This document shows positions 13,813 to 26,174 of a DNA stretch of 54,965 nt, piece by piece (the first letter of the stretch is position 1; every line of letters starts with the position of its first letter). The position numbers and the translations under genes were made by a program. The stretch comes from Lenisia limosa (Eukaryota; Protista; Breviatea): contig LPNZ01008506.1 in NCBI GenBank assembly GCA_001655205.1, positions 1 to 54,965 of the forward strand, given 5' to 3'. The notes under the pieces were generated by a model that was not told where the DNA came from, made no database searches, and saw only the letters and a list, made by a program, of their open reading frames with translations.

Positions 13813-16800
13813 CTACTGTTGGTAGTCCGTCATAGAGTACTCTCTCAGAATAACAGGGACTGAAGTTGGGGGAATGCATCCTCGTTCGGTCACAACAGCC
13901 TATACAATGTAAAGGAAAGGGTCCATAATAAAATGCAAGATGTAATAACAAACACAATCCCATGTACTTGGATGTGCTTAGGAGGAGTAAGGTCGTATGT
14001 TGGGTTCAGCAATGATAGGTTTTCAGTCTCCTTCCAGCCTGAAGAAGTTATCTTCTGACCTATTCCGCTGCACAACAACAAAGGGACTCATGTCATTAGA
14101 AAAGCCTAAAGCCTTGCAACAATGGATGTCCTCCCCCCTCCCCACCCTTTAGCTCATCAATTACAAGGTCATCAGGGTTGCCTAAAGTTGTCAGAAGATT
14201 GTGTCACAAAACTCAATTAAGACATGACTAAAACTATCCTTATACAACGCAGAAAATACCGTATTCGTTGGCAACAAGCGAGTCGATCTGGGCCTTTTCG
14301 GAGAACTTGTAGGTTTCACAGCACACCAGGACAGGCACATGGTGGGCACTTGCCATTGCCGCAATGGCGGCGGTACTGGAAGGAAATCAAGACTTATTGG
14401 CATATTTCGGCATATTTCGGCTCATTGGAAAGCATAATCCAAGTTGTTTGCTGTAATCACAGTATGCATTAAGCAGAAATGTTAAGGTAAAGGAAGAAGT
14501 GTCAAAGAAGCCACCCCAAACCCGCATCTTGAAAGCATCGCACCGTTACGCAAAAGGGAACTGGCCTACTCTGTGAGAACTGTTCGGAAGCTGCATGCAA
14601 GTTTTTCATTTGTTATTTCTCTTTGGTTTTATACATAATTATGTATGATATGATATTTTCTTTCTTATTATTCAAAAAGTCCCGCCTACTCCAAGAAGAA
14701 CTTTAGTTGGCTTTTGAGAGAATGCGAAAGTGGTGGCATGGTAGGCGGCATAGGAAACGTTTAAGCCAGCTCTACTGAGGCGCATGCTCAAGTTCATGCC
14801 TGGGGGGGGGGGTTAGCGAAGGAACTTTCGATGATGAATATTGGTGTGGAAGTACCAATCACCTAAAACCCAAAAGTAAAAGAAAAGAAAATCACACACA
14901 AAAAAAAAATGCATGAAAGAAATACTTGTTGGCATGACATTAAGACACCAATATTATAACAATGATCAGGGAAACACTACAGCTCCCCAACTCATTACTA
15001 CGCAAATCACAAACCTTCATTGTGCGGGCGAGAATTGATCACAATTACTGTGAAACACTAAATAGTTAAATTAAACAAATTCTTTCCTAGAACAATAATA
15101 CAAAAACCTGTATCACCTTTCCTTCATTGTGTGCTGCGACAAGAGCGCTTTCGACAACAGAAGAACAACCATAAGTGATGACAACATCTCCATTGGTCAC
15201 CTGGACAAATATGAAGGAAGTGCAAGTTGATGCCCAGTTATAAAAGAAAAACATAATGTACCTTCGATGACACTTCCCCTGAAATGGCTTGGAGGGAGAG
15301 GTCAATACGATCGGAAATGAACTGGTCAATCATCTCACATATGTAGTTCTTGCACTGGGGAGGGGGGGGGGAGGTAAATGACTGAAAAGACAATAGTGCT
15401 TCTTAAAACCACCCAGGTCGCTTACTTTCGCTTCAACAGCAGCCTTCTCGGTTTCTTCGATGGTGTGGCATGAGGCAATAATCTAAAAATGTCAAACTCC
15501 TGGGGGGTGGGGGGTCCAAAGAGAATATAACTACAGCCTCACACCTTTTTGATGTAGTTGATGGTGTTGCCCATTGGGAGGCTGATTTGCCTGCACGACA
15601 CAAGGAAAGAGATTTGAGGAGTCAGGGCAGTAAGGAGATCCCTGGAGAGGGGCTTGGACTCGGGGGTCGTGTAGTCGTTGACGAAATCCTGTGCAGTCAA
15701 ATAAAACTGCTACATATGATGGTATCATAATTCAGCTTTTCGTGAATAAACACCTACAGCTGTAGATTATAATCGAAAGTCTCATAAAATCTTCATTTCG
15801 CGGGCTTGTCCCACTCACACGAATGGCCTTGGCAGTTGCTACGCATCTTGCGTTGGACCCCTTGATCCGGCCATCCGCCATGATCAGACCCGTTGACAGG
15901 ATACTAGGGTGCACTGCAGCAGTCAAAATACATCTGGTTGAAGTTGACCATCACAGAGGGTTTTGATTTAATATTTGGACCAAGTAACAAATAAGTCTTC
16001 TTATTCTAATACGAAAGAAATGAGAAATTAAAAATTCAGCGGAAGCAGCATCTCGATGATATTGATTATTTTACACAAAATATATATCACCAACCGTTTT
16101 CTGTTAATGAAACTGTTTTCTCTTGGACCGGCTCGGGTTTGATTTCAGCTTCCACAGTATCTGTGAGTTCGTCAGGCTTGGCAGCAAGGGTGGGCTTTTC
16201 TGCCTTCTTTGGTTTTTCAGTCTTCTCAGAATCAGCAGGCTTTTCCACAGTCTTGGCATTTTTGGCAGCTCTTTGCTTCTCCTGAAATGTAAAGTGGTAA
16301 CAGCACAGTAAAGCTCAGGAAAGAAACATACCATCAAAGCTCTTCTCTCAGCCTTGGACATCTTCTTTTTATCCCCCCCTTGTTCCCCGCCTTTCTGTGC
16401 GTTCTGTTGCTGGCGCTTTACTTCGAACTCTTTCTTTCTTGCCTGCGGAGTAATGAGCGCTTTCTTGTTGGACAATGTCATCCCAAAATACGGGTACTTT
16501 AATAACGGCATCTTATGCTACTTCAATAAGTATGAAAACGTTTTTCTAATCTGGGTCATATTATCATGCTTGAAGGAGAAATAACAGTGTACTTTGTATA
16601 TGGCACAGAAAGTAATGATTGTGCTCCATACCTCCTTCTCAGCAGCCTTCTTCGCCTTAGCATCTATAATGTGATCATCATGATATATAAAAAATCCCTT
16701 TCCTTAAAGAATAGGTGATTTAGCTCACCTTCAGTAATAGCTGGCTTTGTCTTGGGGGTGGTGGTGGTTGGTTCATTTGTCCAGCCTGAGAGTTGCGATC

Positions 16801-17552
16801 TAAGAGGTCAGGTACATACATTTTTTTTATTTTTATAGAAATGTAAAAAATATCCAGCCCATACAAAGCAAGGTATGCAGATTTTAAGCTCCATAGTTTG
16901 ATAAAAAAAGTGGTGATTTGGCAGATGATGTTGTTTCTTCGCAAATATGAGTCTCCTGCAACTCTTTGATTGGAGCAAGCCCCCGCCAACTTGTGAAGTC
17001 TGACGTCGTCAGGAACGGAGGATGAAAGGATGTTGGAGGGAGGAGAAACGACATTGGGCGAGATGAGTGGCTGCACGGTGGCGTCTGTTGCCGCTAGAAA
17101 TATGAAGAGAAGAAGACTCAGCTAGAAATATGAAACCCAAGAGAGGAAGACTCAATAAAACGCGAAACGANNNNNNNNNNNNNNNNNNNNNNNNNNNNNN
17201 NNNNNNNNNNNNNNNNNNNNNNNNNNNNNNNNNNNNNNNNNNNNNNNNNNNNNNNNNNNNNNNNNNNNNNNNNNNNNNNNNAATGGAAACCTGAAATGTT
17301 AATCAGAATGAAACAGGTCGCAATAAAAGGGTGATATTATTCAAACCGGAACTGGTTGAGGTACGACAGGGGCAGGGGCATCTGGATCCTACAAAGATGA
17401 GTAACAAAGGAAGGGAAGGGGATTCCAGAAGCAAGCTTACTCCAATTGCATCAGCATGTAAATTGAAACCAAACTAAAGAATAAGACAATGTGGGGCTTT
17501 TTACACGTTGACAAACCTGCTGCCTCAGCGGCTGGGATCTTTCTTCGGTCAT
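13813..17552 (-). CDS. EIF2B4: Translation initiation factor eIF2B delta subunit
   Basis: Low-complexity K/E/P-rich N-terminus followed by [65 protein letters not shown]|[89 protein letters not shown]. The 5' exons near the N-gap are less certain. Confidence 0.93.
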
Positions 17553-17907
17553 TTTCCCGTAAATTGATTGTAAATGCAAAAACTAAATGGCTGATAACGA
17601 TAGGAATGAAGGAAAGGCGTTATTTCTGCGAATTTGGCAGTGAAAAGAATAGAACTGGTACAACACTTTTTATACCAAAAAGCAAATCGCTGGAAAGCCT
17701 TTTAGAAATTGTTGTGCTGAACAATCGACCTTTGTTATTCAATCTGGTAGAGCGAACATAACTAGCAAAGGCAGCTTCCCCAAATTTTGTTTTTAGTGAG
17801 TCAGTCTGAGGCCCTCTTCTTCCTTCTGGTGTGTTTTTAAGTATAATAGAATGTAATACGGGGTAATCGTGGCACAGAACAGTGGAATGTAGACAAACTC
17901 AAGCCAC

Positions 17908-18219
17908 TTATATTTCACAATGAATGCCTCCCATCAAACGACGCATTTCTCTGATAGAGTCGTTGAATTGCTGCGACAAAAGGTTGGAATTGCTTGGTTA
18001 CACTGAGGCATGATGTTGTTTTCTCCTCCTCATTATAATTTCCAATTTATTCAATTTGTGATCCCAGTAGAAACTTGGCCCAAATGAATTGACCGAAGTT
18101 GTACGGATGGCTTCATCAGTTGTGCTCATTGACCTGAAATGCCTTGCTGCCCTTATGAAGAGGGCGGGTTTGACGCTCAGCGATAAGCGTGAGAGCGTTT
18201 TTGTGATTTCATACAACAT
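17908..18219 (-). CDS. Putative small protein with a presequence-like N-terminus; 3' exon structure uncertain
   Basis: ORF 17998..18219: MLYEITKTLSRLSLSVKPALFIRAARHFRSMSTTDEA... Candidate acceptors at about 17973 and 17826. Confidence 0.35.
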
Positions 18220-18365
18220 GATTCCCTGGGCTTTGGTTTACAAATCGGTATCTCTCTATATTGTAAAGAGTATTATATCCATTAAATTGCGGTTAAAGAT
18301 TTAATAATGTCGTTGTTTTAGATTCAACGTTTGTTACGTTAACCTAAATAGAGGTACTCTGGCTT

Positions 18366-21300
18366 ATGACGGACTTATCTGAGGAGCGAACAACGTCGAT
18401 TTCTTTTGAGTGCTTCATTCGATTCCTAGCAAGGGTTTGTGGAACGGGTTTAAGTATTGTTGATGCGTGTGAAATACTACTATTTCGAACATTCTTATTC
18501 ACAAACTAACATTTTATCTCAATTTGCACTGCTGTGAAATGATGACGCAGGCTACGCCGTTACCCCACCTGTCATCATCTGCGTTCCTGCCCGTGTCTTC
18601 GGCATCGTTCTCGAAGGAGCCGTACGTTGCCGCCGAGCCGGTCCAGACCCGACCGGACCCATTGTCAGGACCGGAGACCGAACTATCCGAGCAGTCCGAC
18701 GAAGAGCTGAACCGGCAAGTTAGAGATGTCGAGGCAGTTTTGGTTGAGTCGAGCCCGAAGGTTGGCTGCTTGGGTTTTCTGTTGCATTTTTAGCTGACCG
18801 AGTTATGTTCTGAAGATCAAATATCATATCATATAATATATTATGGAATATGTATGTATGGTATCAAATACATGCTATGTATACATACATTTTGCGCTCA
18901 TATATTATCCCTTGAACCATATCCACTTTGTATATATGGGGTTAATTTGACTGTCTAGGCCGAAAAACGGCGAAAGAGTTATCAAGAAAAGCGTAATAAC
19001 ATTCGTGAAAGTATTGAACGTGAGCGTCAAGAAAGGCTACAACGCAGTCGTGGAGGTAGCCAACAAGAATTGGATGACCTTCCGGAACCTGAAGACCAAA
19101 CATCAGACCTGAATCTGTCATTTGACACAGAACAACATCTGAAGGAAGCGGATGCCGCCTTTGCAGCTCAGAAGACCCGGGCCGCAGAACATGAGGAACG
19201 TGAACACCAGACGTGGGCCCGGGCCAACGACTGTCCAGTCAACCGGGGTGCCTCGGGCTCGCCGGGCAACCTTGATGAAGAACACAATGCTAAGAGGCGC
19301 AGTAAAAAGGAAAGAAAGCGCCAAGACGCAAAGAAGAAGCTTGAACATAGGCTGAAGAAGCTGAAGGAAAAGGAAGCAAGGGAAATTGCCAAGTTTAATA
19401 AGGTGTATGGGGACAGTCCCGTCAATTCCCCAGATTTTGAACAGGAGAAGTTTGAAGAGAAGAAAGAAGAGAAAAGAGAAACAAAGAAAGAAGAACCGAA
19501 ACCGAGACCTGAGGCCCTGCCACGCCTCCATCTCTCATCAATCATCCAGTCGGCATCTCATACCACACCGGGTTCGGCTCGGTCCACTCCGTCCGAAGAC
19601 GCCTCCGTGGCCCTCCCGCCCTCCATCGCCAACTTGGACATGAGCCTCGACCTGGATAACATCAGTGAAGGGTCGGTTGAAACGCCGTCCCTACCGTCCT
19701 TCCACACGCAGCAGGCGGCGTCTCCAAGGGGTATCACGCCACGTGATTCACAGAAGCAGCAGCGCAAGTTCCAGCCATCACCCTTCCCTATTACCGAGGA
19801 AAATCTTTCCGAACTGCCGGAGGAGACGATTCTCGGTTCTTCAGGTCCGCCTGGGCCGCCGGCGGAAGAGGGCTCCGACGGCGGAAGTGAGTCGGAAGAC
19901 ACGCAGAACCTTCCTAATTCAACCCTTCACACTACTGTCATTCTTCACCAGGACGATGACATCTCAGACCTACTATCCGAGCCAAGCGAACCGGAATTGG
20001 AGGCGAAAGACGATCTTGATGATTTTGCCAAGTCTGATGGTCCTGAACATTCGGTGCAGTCTTCTCCTTCCTCGATCAACACCGACGCCCTTATCACTCC
20101 AGAAGTCTCTCCAGGTAGGTATAGGCCTTGTGCCCCCTAATGAGTAAAGTGTATTGTTAAATTGTCTTTATTTCAACCAAGAAATACATTTTGAAATACA
20201 TATGACAAAGGCATCATTTAAACAACCTTGGTAACTTGATGAACGAGCTTGCCGGTATTAATGCCTAGTTATGGAACAAGAGGAAGCGTCGCCACCCCCC
20301 GAAGATATGTGGTCTGAAGTGGACTCAACACCTGCATTCCAACCCCCAGGTTCGCTGAAAAGCAAGCATCAAACACTGCAAATATGTGTTAATCTGTCTA
20401 AAGCACTCCTTTGTGGTATTCAGGTTTTTGATTCTTTGCTTCCATTTATTATGCAGCAGCAACCCTTCGGGACAGCACAGACATTCGTAGTCTTCCAGCC
20501 TTCGCCACTCCCTCCTCGGGTGTGTGGGTAGTGTCAGGTTTATGATGGCCAAAAAGTAGTATTGTATATGAAATAATGGGTTGTTTATCTTCAAATTATG
20601 TGTAATCCTCCAGAAACACTTTCACCCACGACACGTCGACGCCTCAATACGCCACGCCGCGCATCCGACACCCATTCTCTCGCCCACCTCCAGTCAAGCT
20701 CAATGTCATTCTCACCGCCCCCCGCGCGCACCCCGGAGTCCTCACAACGAAGTCATTTCAACCGGAGTGCCCGTGACGCCTTTACGAGTCAACAGGAACG
20801 GAGGCCCGGCCTGGAGTCACGTGCCCCCACAGCCACCCGGTCGTTGGAGTCTTTCATTCCGCTGTCCCAGCCTCCTGCATATCAGTATCCCCAGCATCCA
20901 CAAATGGTAGGACATTACAACAGTCGCGAACCCAATCTCAGTACTGGACTTTGTTATCGATATTTTGTTACTTTCCAGTCCTTGCACATCCCATATTCGC
21001 CTGCCGCCTCGTCCCTATCATACCCCATTTCACAAACTGCCAGCCAGGCTACTACCCCGACCACTCCAATGGTCGGTTGAAACTACTGCTGGGGGAATAT
21101 AAGAATGGATATTCACTAGGGCTCCGAAAATTTGAAGTGGGACGTAGTGTAACAAGAACCCTATTTCAGACACTTTAATTTCTAATTATGTCAATTAAAT
21201 TTTTCAAAACAATTAATTGCACGGGGCCCTAATATTTACACAATTTGGAAGGCCGCAAGGACAACCACGAATATGAATTTTCATTTCGATTAAATAGATA

Positions 21301-22970
21301 ACATCATATGATATAGAGTGATAGATACTTGATGACTTAAGCAGTGTTGCTCTTTTACTATCTAGCTTTCCGAACCCCAGCGTCCCCGCTCCCCACCACC
21401 ACGAGCACACAGGTGACTTTTGATATTGCCACTGTCATTGAAGTATTAACCTCAAACAGGGCTAACACAGACCCGAACCTCACCAGCTCCTTCACACAAC
21501 CCCGCAGCCAAATCCTCCCCTCCTCCTCTGTTCTGAATCAGTCTCTCCAACAGGTTGGCTGCACTTGACACTTGTGCTGATTGCATTTAACAATTCATGT
21601 TGTAGTAGTTTGTTCTTCCCAAATTTTTTTTTATATCGTTTAGCCTGATACTAAGTTCACAATGTCTTCCCTTCATCCCCAGCATTCGCACAACCCAGGT
21701 ATTGAAATGTGTTGAGATTGGGTTACCAAAACAGACTTAATTTCTCGAGATATCGTGGTAGTATCTCGCTATTTTACGTATTATGATATAATATTACTGG
21801 ATAGAATACCCCCCAAAAGAGAGTGCAACTAACCCTCCAGACCAAAGCCGACGCACACGGGGAGGGTCCGGAGCCTACTTCCATCTCAACCCCGAGCCGC
21901 CATCTTTGGCTACTTCTTTCAGTCGACCATCTGAGGTTTGCCATATACAGTAATAGACGAGGTTGGGACCGTCCAAGACTGCGTTCATTGTTCTCAGAAA
22001 ACTGCCCAATTTGTTACCATTTAGCCCGTTTCTGCTCAACACTGCTTCTCTCCTCCCGCATCCTCGTTCTTCTCTCAGGAGACCCCAATTGTATGCCAAA
22101 TCTCTTGCCATCTCTATTCACTTCTATAGTCACTCACCATCCCCCAGCACCATCAGGTATGCCCTCTTTGTCACCTTTACATGGGTTTTTGTTTTGGCGA
22201 AACAAATAGAACCAAAATCGTGTGTGACCTGTGTGTTTGACGTAACCAGCTTTGTGTTTGGACCCCCGCGATATTTTTAGCTTTTTAACTTGCTTTACAT
22301 TAACTCTTTGTAGTCCACACAGCGTCCTGCCGTGAGGCATGATCCATATTACAGGGACATATCAAGGTTGGAACGGTTATTGTGAGCTATTTACAGTAAA
22401 AGTGATCATCCCCAATCCCAGTCACCTTTTTTGTTTCATAAACTAGGTATTAATTTCATTTTCAAGATTCACTTTTTAGATCTCGTAGTCCTTCCCCTGA
22501 GCCTGAATGTTTGCGCATTTATCTTCGGGTCCTGTGACTTATCACTTTCTCTCAAACTTTTATGAATTATAATTTTCATTATAGTCTTTTATTTTTTTTT
22601 AAAAAAAGAAGTCACCTGCGTTTTGACCCTCCAGTGAGCAGAGTTCCAATTGGCCACTCAGCTCGTCCCTCTATTATCACCGAAAATCCTCCCGAACCCA
22701 AGGAATTGTTTGATAATGAGCCCTTGGTATGAAGGACACATGTCAAGATTAGGAGAAACAATTCTATATCTTCGCGTTTCATAATACAGGCTACTTCCAA
22801 AATCACCTTTTAGTCAGCAAGGTCGTCATCAGCCCCTTCCATAGACCCCAATCTCGATCTTGGTAGGCCGGATTCTGACAATAGAGTATTTACTTTAATA
22901 AATGTTTCATACTTTCAGACTTGTCATGTCATATCTCAATGTTACGAGAACATTTGGAACGGTATAGGTT
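18366..22970 (+). CDS. Hypothetical S/P/E-rich low-complexity protein with a short Lys/Glu coiled-coil segment, multi-exon
   Basis: ATG at 18366. A long exon of about 18958-20114 (356-aa ORF) and further GT-AG bounded exons at about 18540-18760, 20612-20905, 21000-21075, 21365-21410 and 22630-22722. The 3' end is approximate. Confidence 0.6.
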
Positions 22971-23257
22971 TGGTTGAATAGATTTATTTAAGGTTCTAAA
23001 TTGACACTGGTATGATGTATTACCCCCCGATTAGATGTGTATCGCAACTCCAGGAAATGAGCAAGAAAAAAAAAAATCCAATAGAATAAACACAACCAAA
23101 ATCGACGAAAAAACAAAAAGAAAGTCACCACGAAACAAATACAAGAAAGCCGTAGAAATACCTAAAATAACACTAAGATCAATTGTAACAGTCGTCAAGA
23201 AGAGCGTCCTTGAGATTTGTGAGGCTCAGAGTACCCGGGGTGTGGGCAAAGGAGTTC

Positions 23258-25297
23258 TCACGGTTGTTGAGGGAGGTTACGGACGAAGATTGGTGAAGGT
23301 GGCGCTAAATTGGGATGAGAGGGAGGGAAATCCTCAGCATATCCTACCGGGTATGGAGACATGGACTCTGATGAAGTAGGGCTGGCTGAGACCAACTCCG
23401 GAGAAAGGTTCACATTGCTGCGATGGTAAAGCGGAGAAAATAAGGTTGTTACTATGTCATCTCACAGGTCCGACTTACTATGATTTAGGAAGGATTTTCT
23501 GTCCAGTTGGACTATAGAAGTACGGGATTCGCTAAGCAATTAGCAAAGAAAACCGAGAGAAAAATATCATCATAATCATGCCTAACTCACTTTTCGTCCG
23601 GCTACAGCCTTCTTAGGATTCGGGCAATTCGTACGGGAATGACCTGATAAGTTAGATCAGAGATATACCGCCACACTGGGCCCTTCAATGCTAGGTATCT
23701 TCCTCCCTCTCACCTAGAAGGCCGCAGTTGTAACACACCATACGAGCCTTTCGTTGAATTTCACTCCTCTTACAACAGGCAGCGGAATGATCGTTGGTTT
23801 GGCACAGCTAAGAGGTGAAAAAGATGGGAATGTCGGAAGCGGGTGAATTATTTCCACCTCACAACCCAGTAAAATAACTTTGAATTCAACTACCAACAAC
23901 AAGACAATTTCTCGATATTTCAGCGATGAATATTGATAGTAAACGGTCTCTTTTCGACCCTAGTGAAGCTCACTATCGATCTACTCAATTTCCAACAGAA
24001 GAAGAATGATATGGGACATACCGGGCAAGGGCTTTCGGCGGAATACGGACAGTTAGCAATGAGGTGGGCTGCGGAACCGCATCGGAAGCAAAGTCGGCTG
24101 CTGGCATCTATATCCTCCTCTGTTTCGTTAAAAGGGTCGCAATGCATGACAGACAAATGGATCCCTGCCAACCCGTTCTACTTGGACAATCTCTACGCAA
24201 GTGGCCTTCAAGCCCGCTAGAGGATTATTCTTATTTCAATTGAATTGCGGCGGTGGGTATTTCATCATGATATGAAGAAAGAAGATCACACATGGTATGA
24301 TCCCATATTGAAGAAAGTGTTGTCTTATTTAATGTAGAACAAAGTTTTATCCGAAAATAGTAAAAACAATTGAGGCCTACCAAATATAACAAACTCGATC
24401 TTCTAAAATCGGCTCATTACGCCCTAAATCAGTTAAAGGTGCAAACTGGGCCTGAAACATCCAAGGTAAGCACGTGTGGCGTTATCTACCGCTTTAGTGG
24501 ACTAATTATTTTGCCCAACTTACGTCTATATCTCCGTTGGTTCATGTTGTTCATGTGGTTTTGCTGGCTCGGAGGATGGTATCTGGCCTGGCCGTGGTAG
24601 GGGTTCTGTGAATACTGGGGACTGACTTGGAAGTAGCGGTCATGCATTNNNNNNNNNNNNNNNNNNNNNNNNNNNNNNNNNNNNNNNNNNNNNNNNNNNN
24701 NNNNNNNNNNNNNNNNNNNNNNNNNNNNNNNNNNNNNNNNNNNNNNNNNNNNNNTCAGAGAGCAAAAGTAAATAACACGTCAACACACCTTTGGAAAGAC
24801 TGCTGATTGAAAAACGACGCGTGTTGAGGAGCAGCAACACTCTGGTAGGCGATCTGTTGCCTCGGATAACGCGGGTCGGAATGCAGGCCCCCGTATCCTG
24901 GCTGAATCTCTTGACGATAAGAGAAGCTCTCTTTTGGGCCCTGCGAAAACTGTCGTGATAGCACTTCGGGCGGTTGTGAATATGAAGCCTCCGCATAGGA
25001 ACGCGGGACCGCAGTAGGAGACGTTGTGGCCGCACTCCAAAGATCAGACACCACATGGCTAGGCGAGACTGGTGCATACATCTGCTGGGCCAACAACGCC
25101 GATGGTGTCATTGGCGACGATGGCGTGGGTGACGAAAGGGGAAGGAGAACGGAGGGAAGGAAGAATGCCGCGGGTGACAAGGGGGAGTGTTGTCCAGATG
25201 GTTGTATGCTGACATTCGCCGGGGGAGCCATGAGAGGGGGCGGCCTCTCACGCCCCTTGAACCGCGAGGAGAAGTTGGAATCTTCAACGTCCGTCAT
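23258..25297 (-). CDS. CCHC zinc-knuckle protein (4 knuckles), Air1/Air2/ZCCHC7-like or CNBP-like RNA-binding protein
   Basis: Spliced knuckles: CYIC|GLEGHLRRDC, CFRCGSAAHLIANC, CP|LCQTNDHSAACC, CYNCGLL|GHSRTNC. Flanked by S/P/Q-rich low-complexity regions. TGA stop at 23258-23260. Confidence 0.8.
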
Positions 25298-26174
25298 ATT
25301 TGAGAAGGTGCACTGGAGAGTTAGAGTCTGAACCTTCAGAGTACCAAAGGCAAAAATCTCAAAAACAGCAAAAAGAAAACGGTCAGTAGACGGATTAAAT
25401 AATGATAACCGACCACCTTCCAAGCATAAAGCCAAAGTAACCCAGAAAAAAACCACGGATTCAGTCCAAAGTTAAACATTTCCTCGGATAATGTTTTGAA
25501 TTAAACTTATTATGCCTAAATTATTGCCAATTGGTGATGAAAAAGCCTCCACAACAAGAAAACAGAACACTTCCTGCTTTTACTCAAAATTCCTTTGAAA
25601 ACAATAGGAACTACTATGTAAGTAATAAGACGGCAAAGCCAATCACGTTCAAGCAATTCAATATGTGAATGACTGCCTCAGCGCTGAAAAAACACTGGTA
25701 TATCAACCCTAATATCCCAAAAATCACCAAAGAACAAACCTAGGAGAACTAAATCTGAAGAAAGACCATGAAGTCGTCAGCAAACAGGACTAAAACTCTT
25801 TGTAGTTGCCGCAATATTCTTATTTGACTAAATATGAACAGAAATATGAGTGAAATTGGTAACTTTTGCAGTTTCGTCCAAAAATAGGGGAGAGCGCGAT
25901 ATTTCTTCTGGCTCGGTTTGTCACGATTAAAAACCCTCCTAATGTTATAATTTAATGTAACTCTAGACAGTAGAATTTAAGCTAAATTAAAACCGTGTTT
26001 TAATATTAAAACAAAAAAGGCTGATCACATTACGGTCGCGGACTGAGTCTTTTACATTTTTCAAAAATAGTTAGAGGACTTTTTAGACACTCATAAGTTA
26101 CACTCAGCGTCATTTTAAGGTCGTTTGTACAGTTAATTTCTCCTTTTCCAAAACTTTTTGGTACAGCTTGCAAA

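Noticed and set aside
24429-24470. Plus-strand exon-like segment (CAG|TTAAAG...CCAAG|GTAAGC)
   Set aside because: The minus-strand reading (AQFAPLTDLGRNEPILEDRVCYIC) supplies the first zinc knuckle, and there is no supporting plus-strand exon chain.
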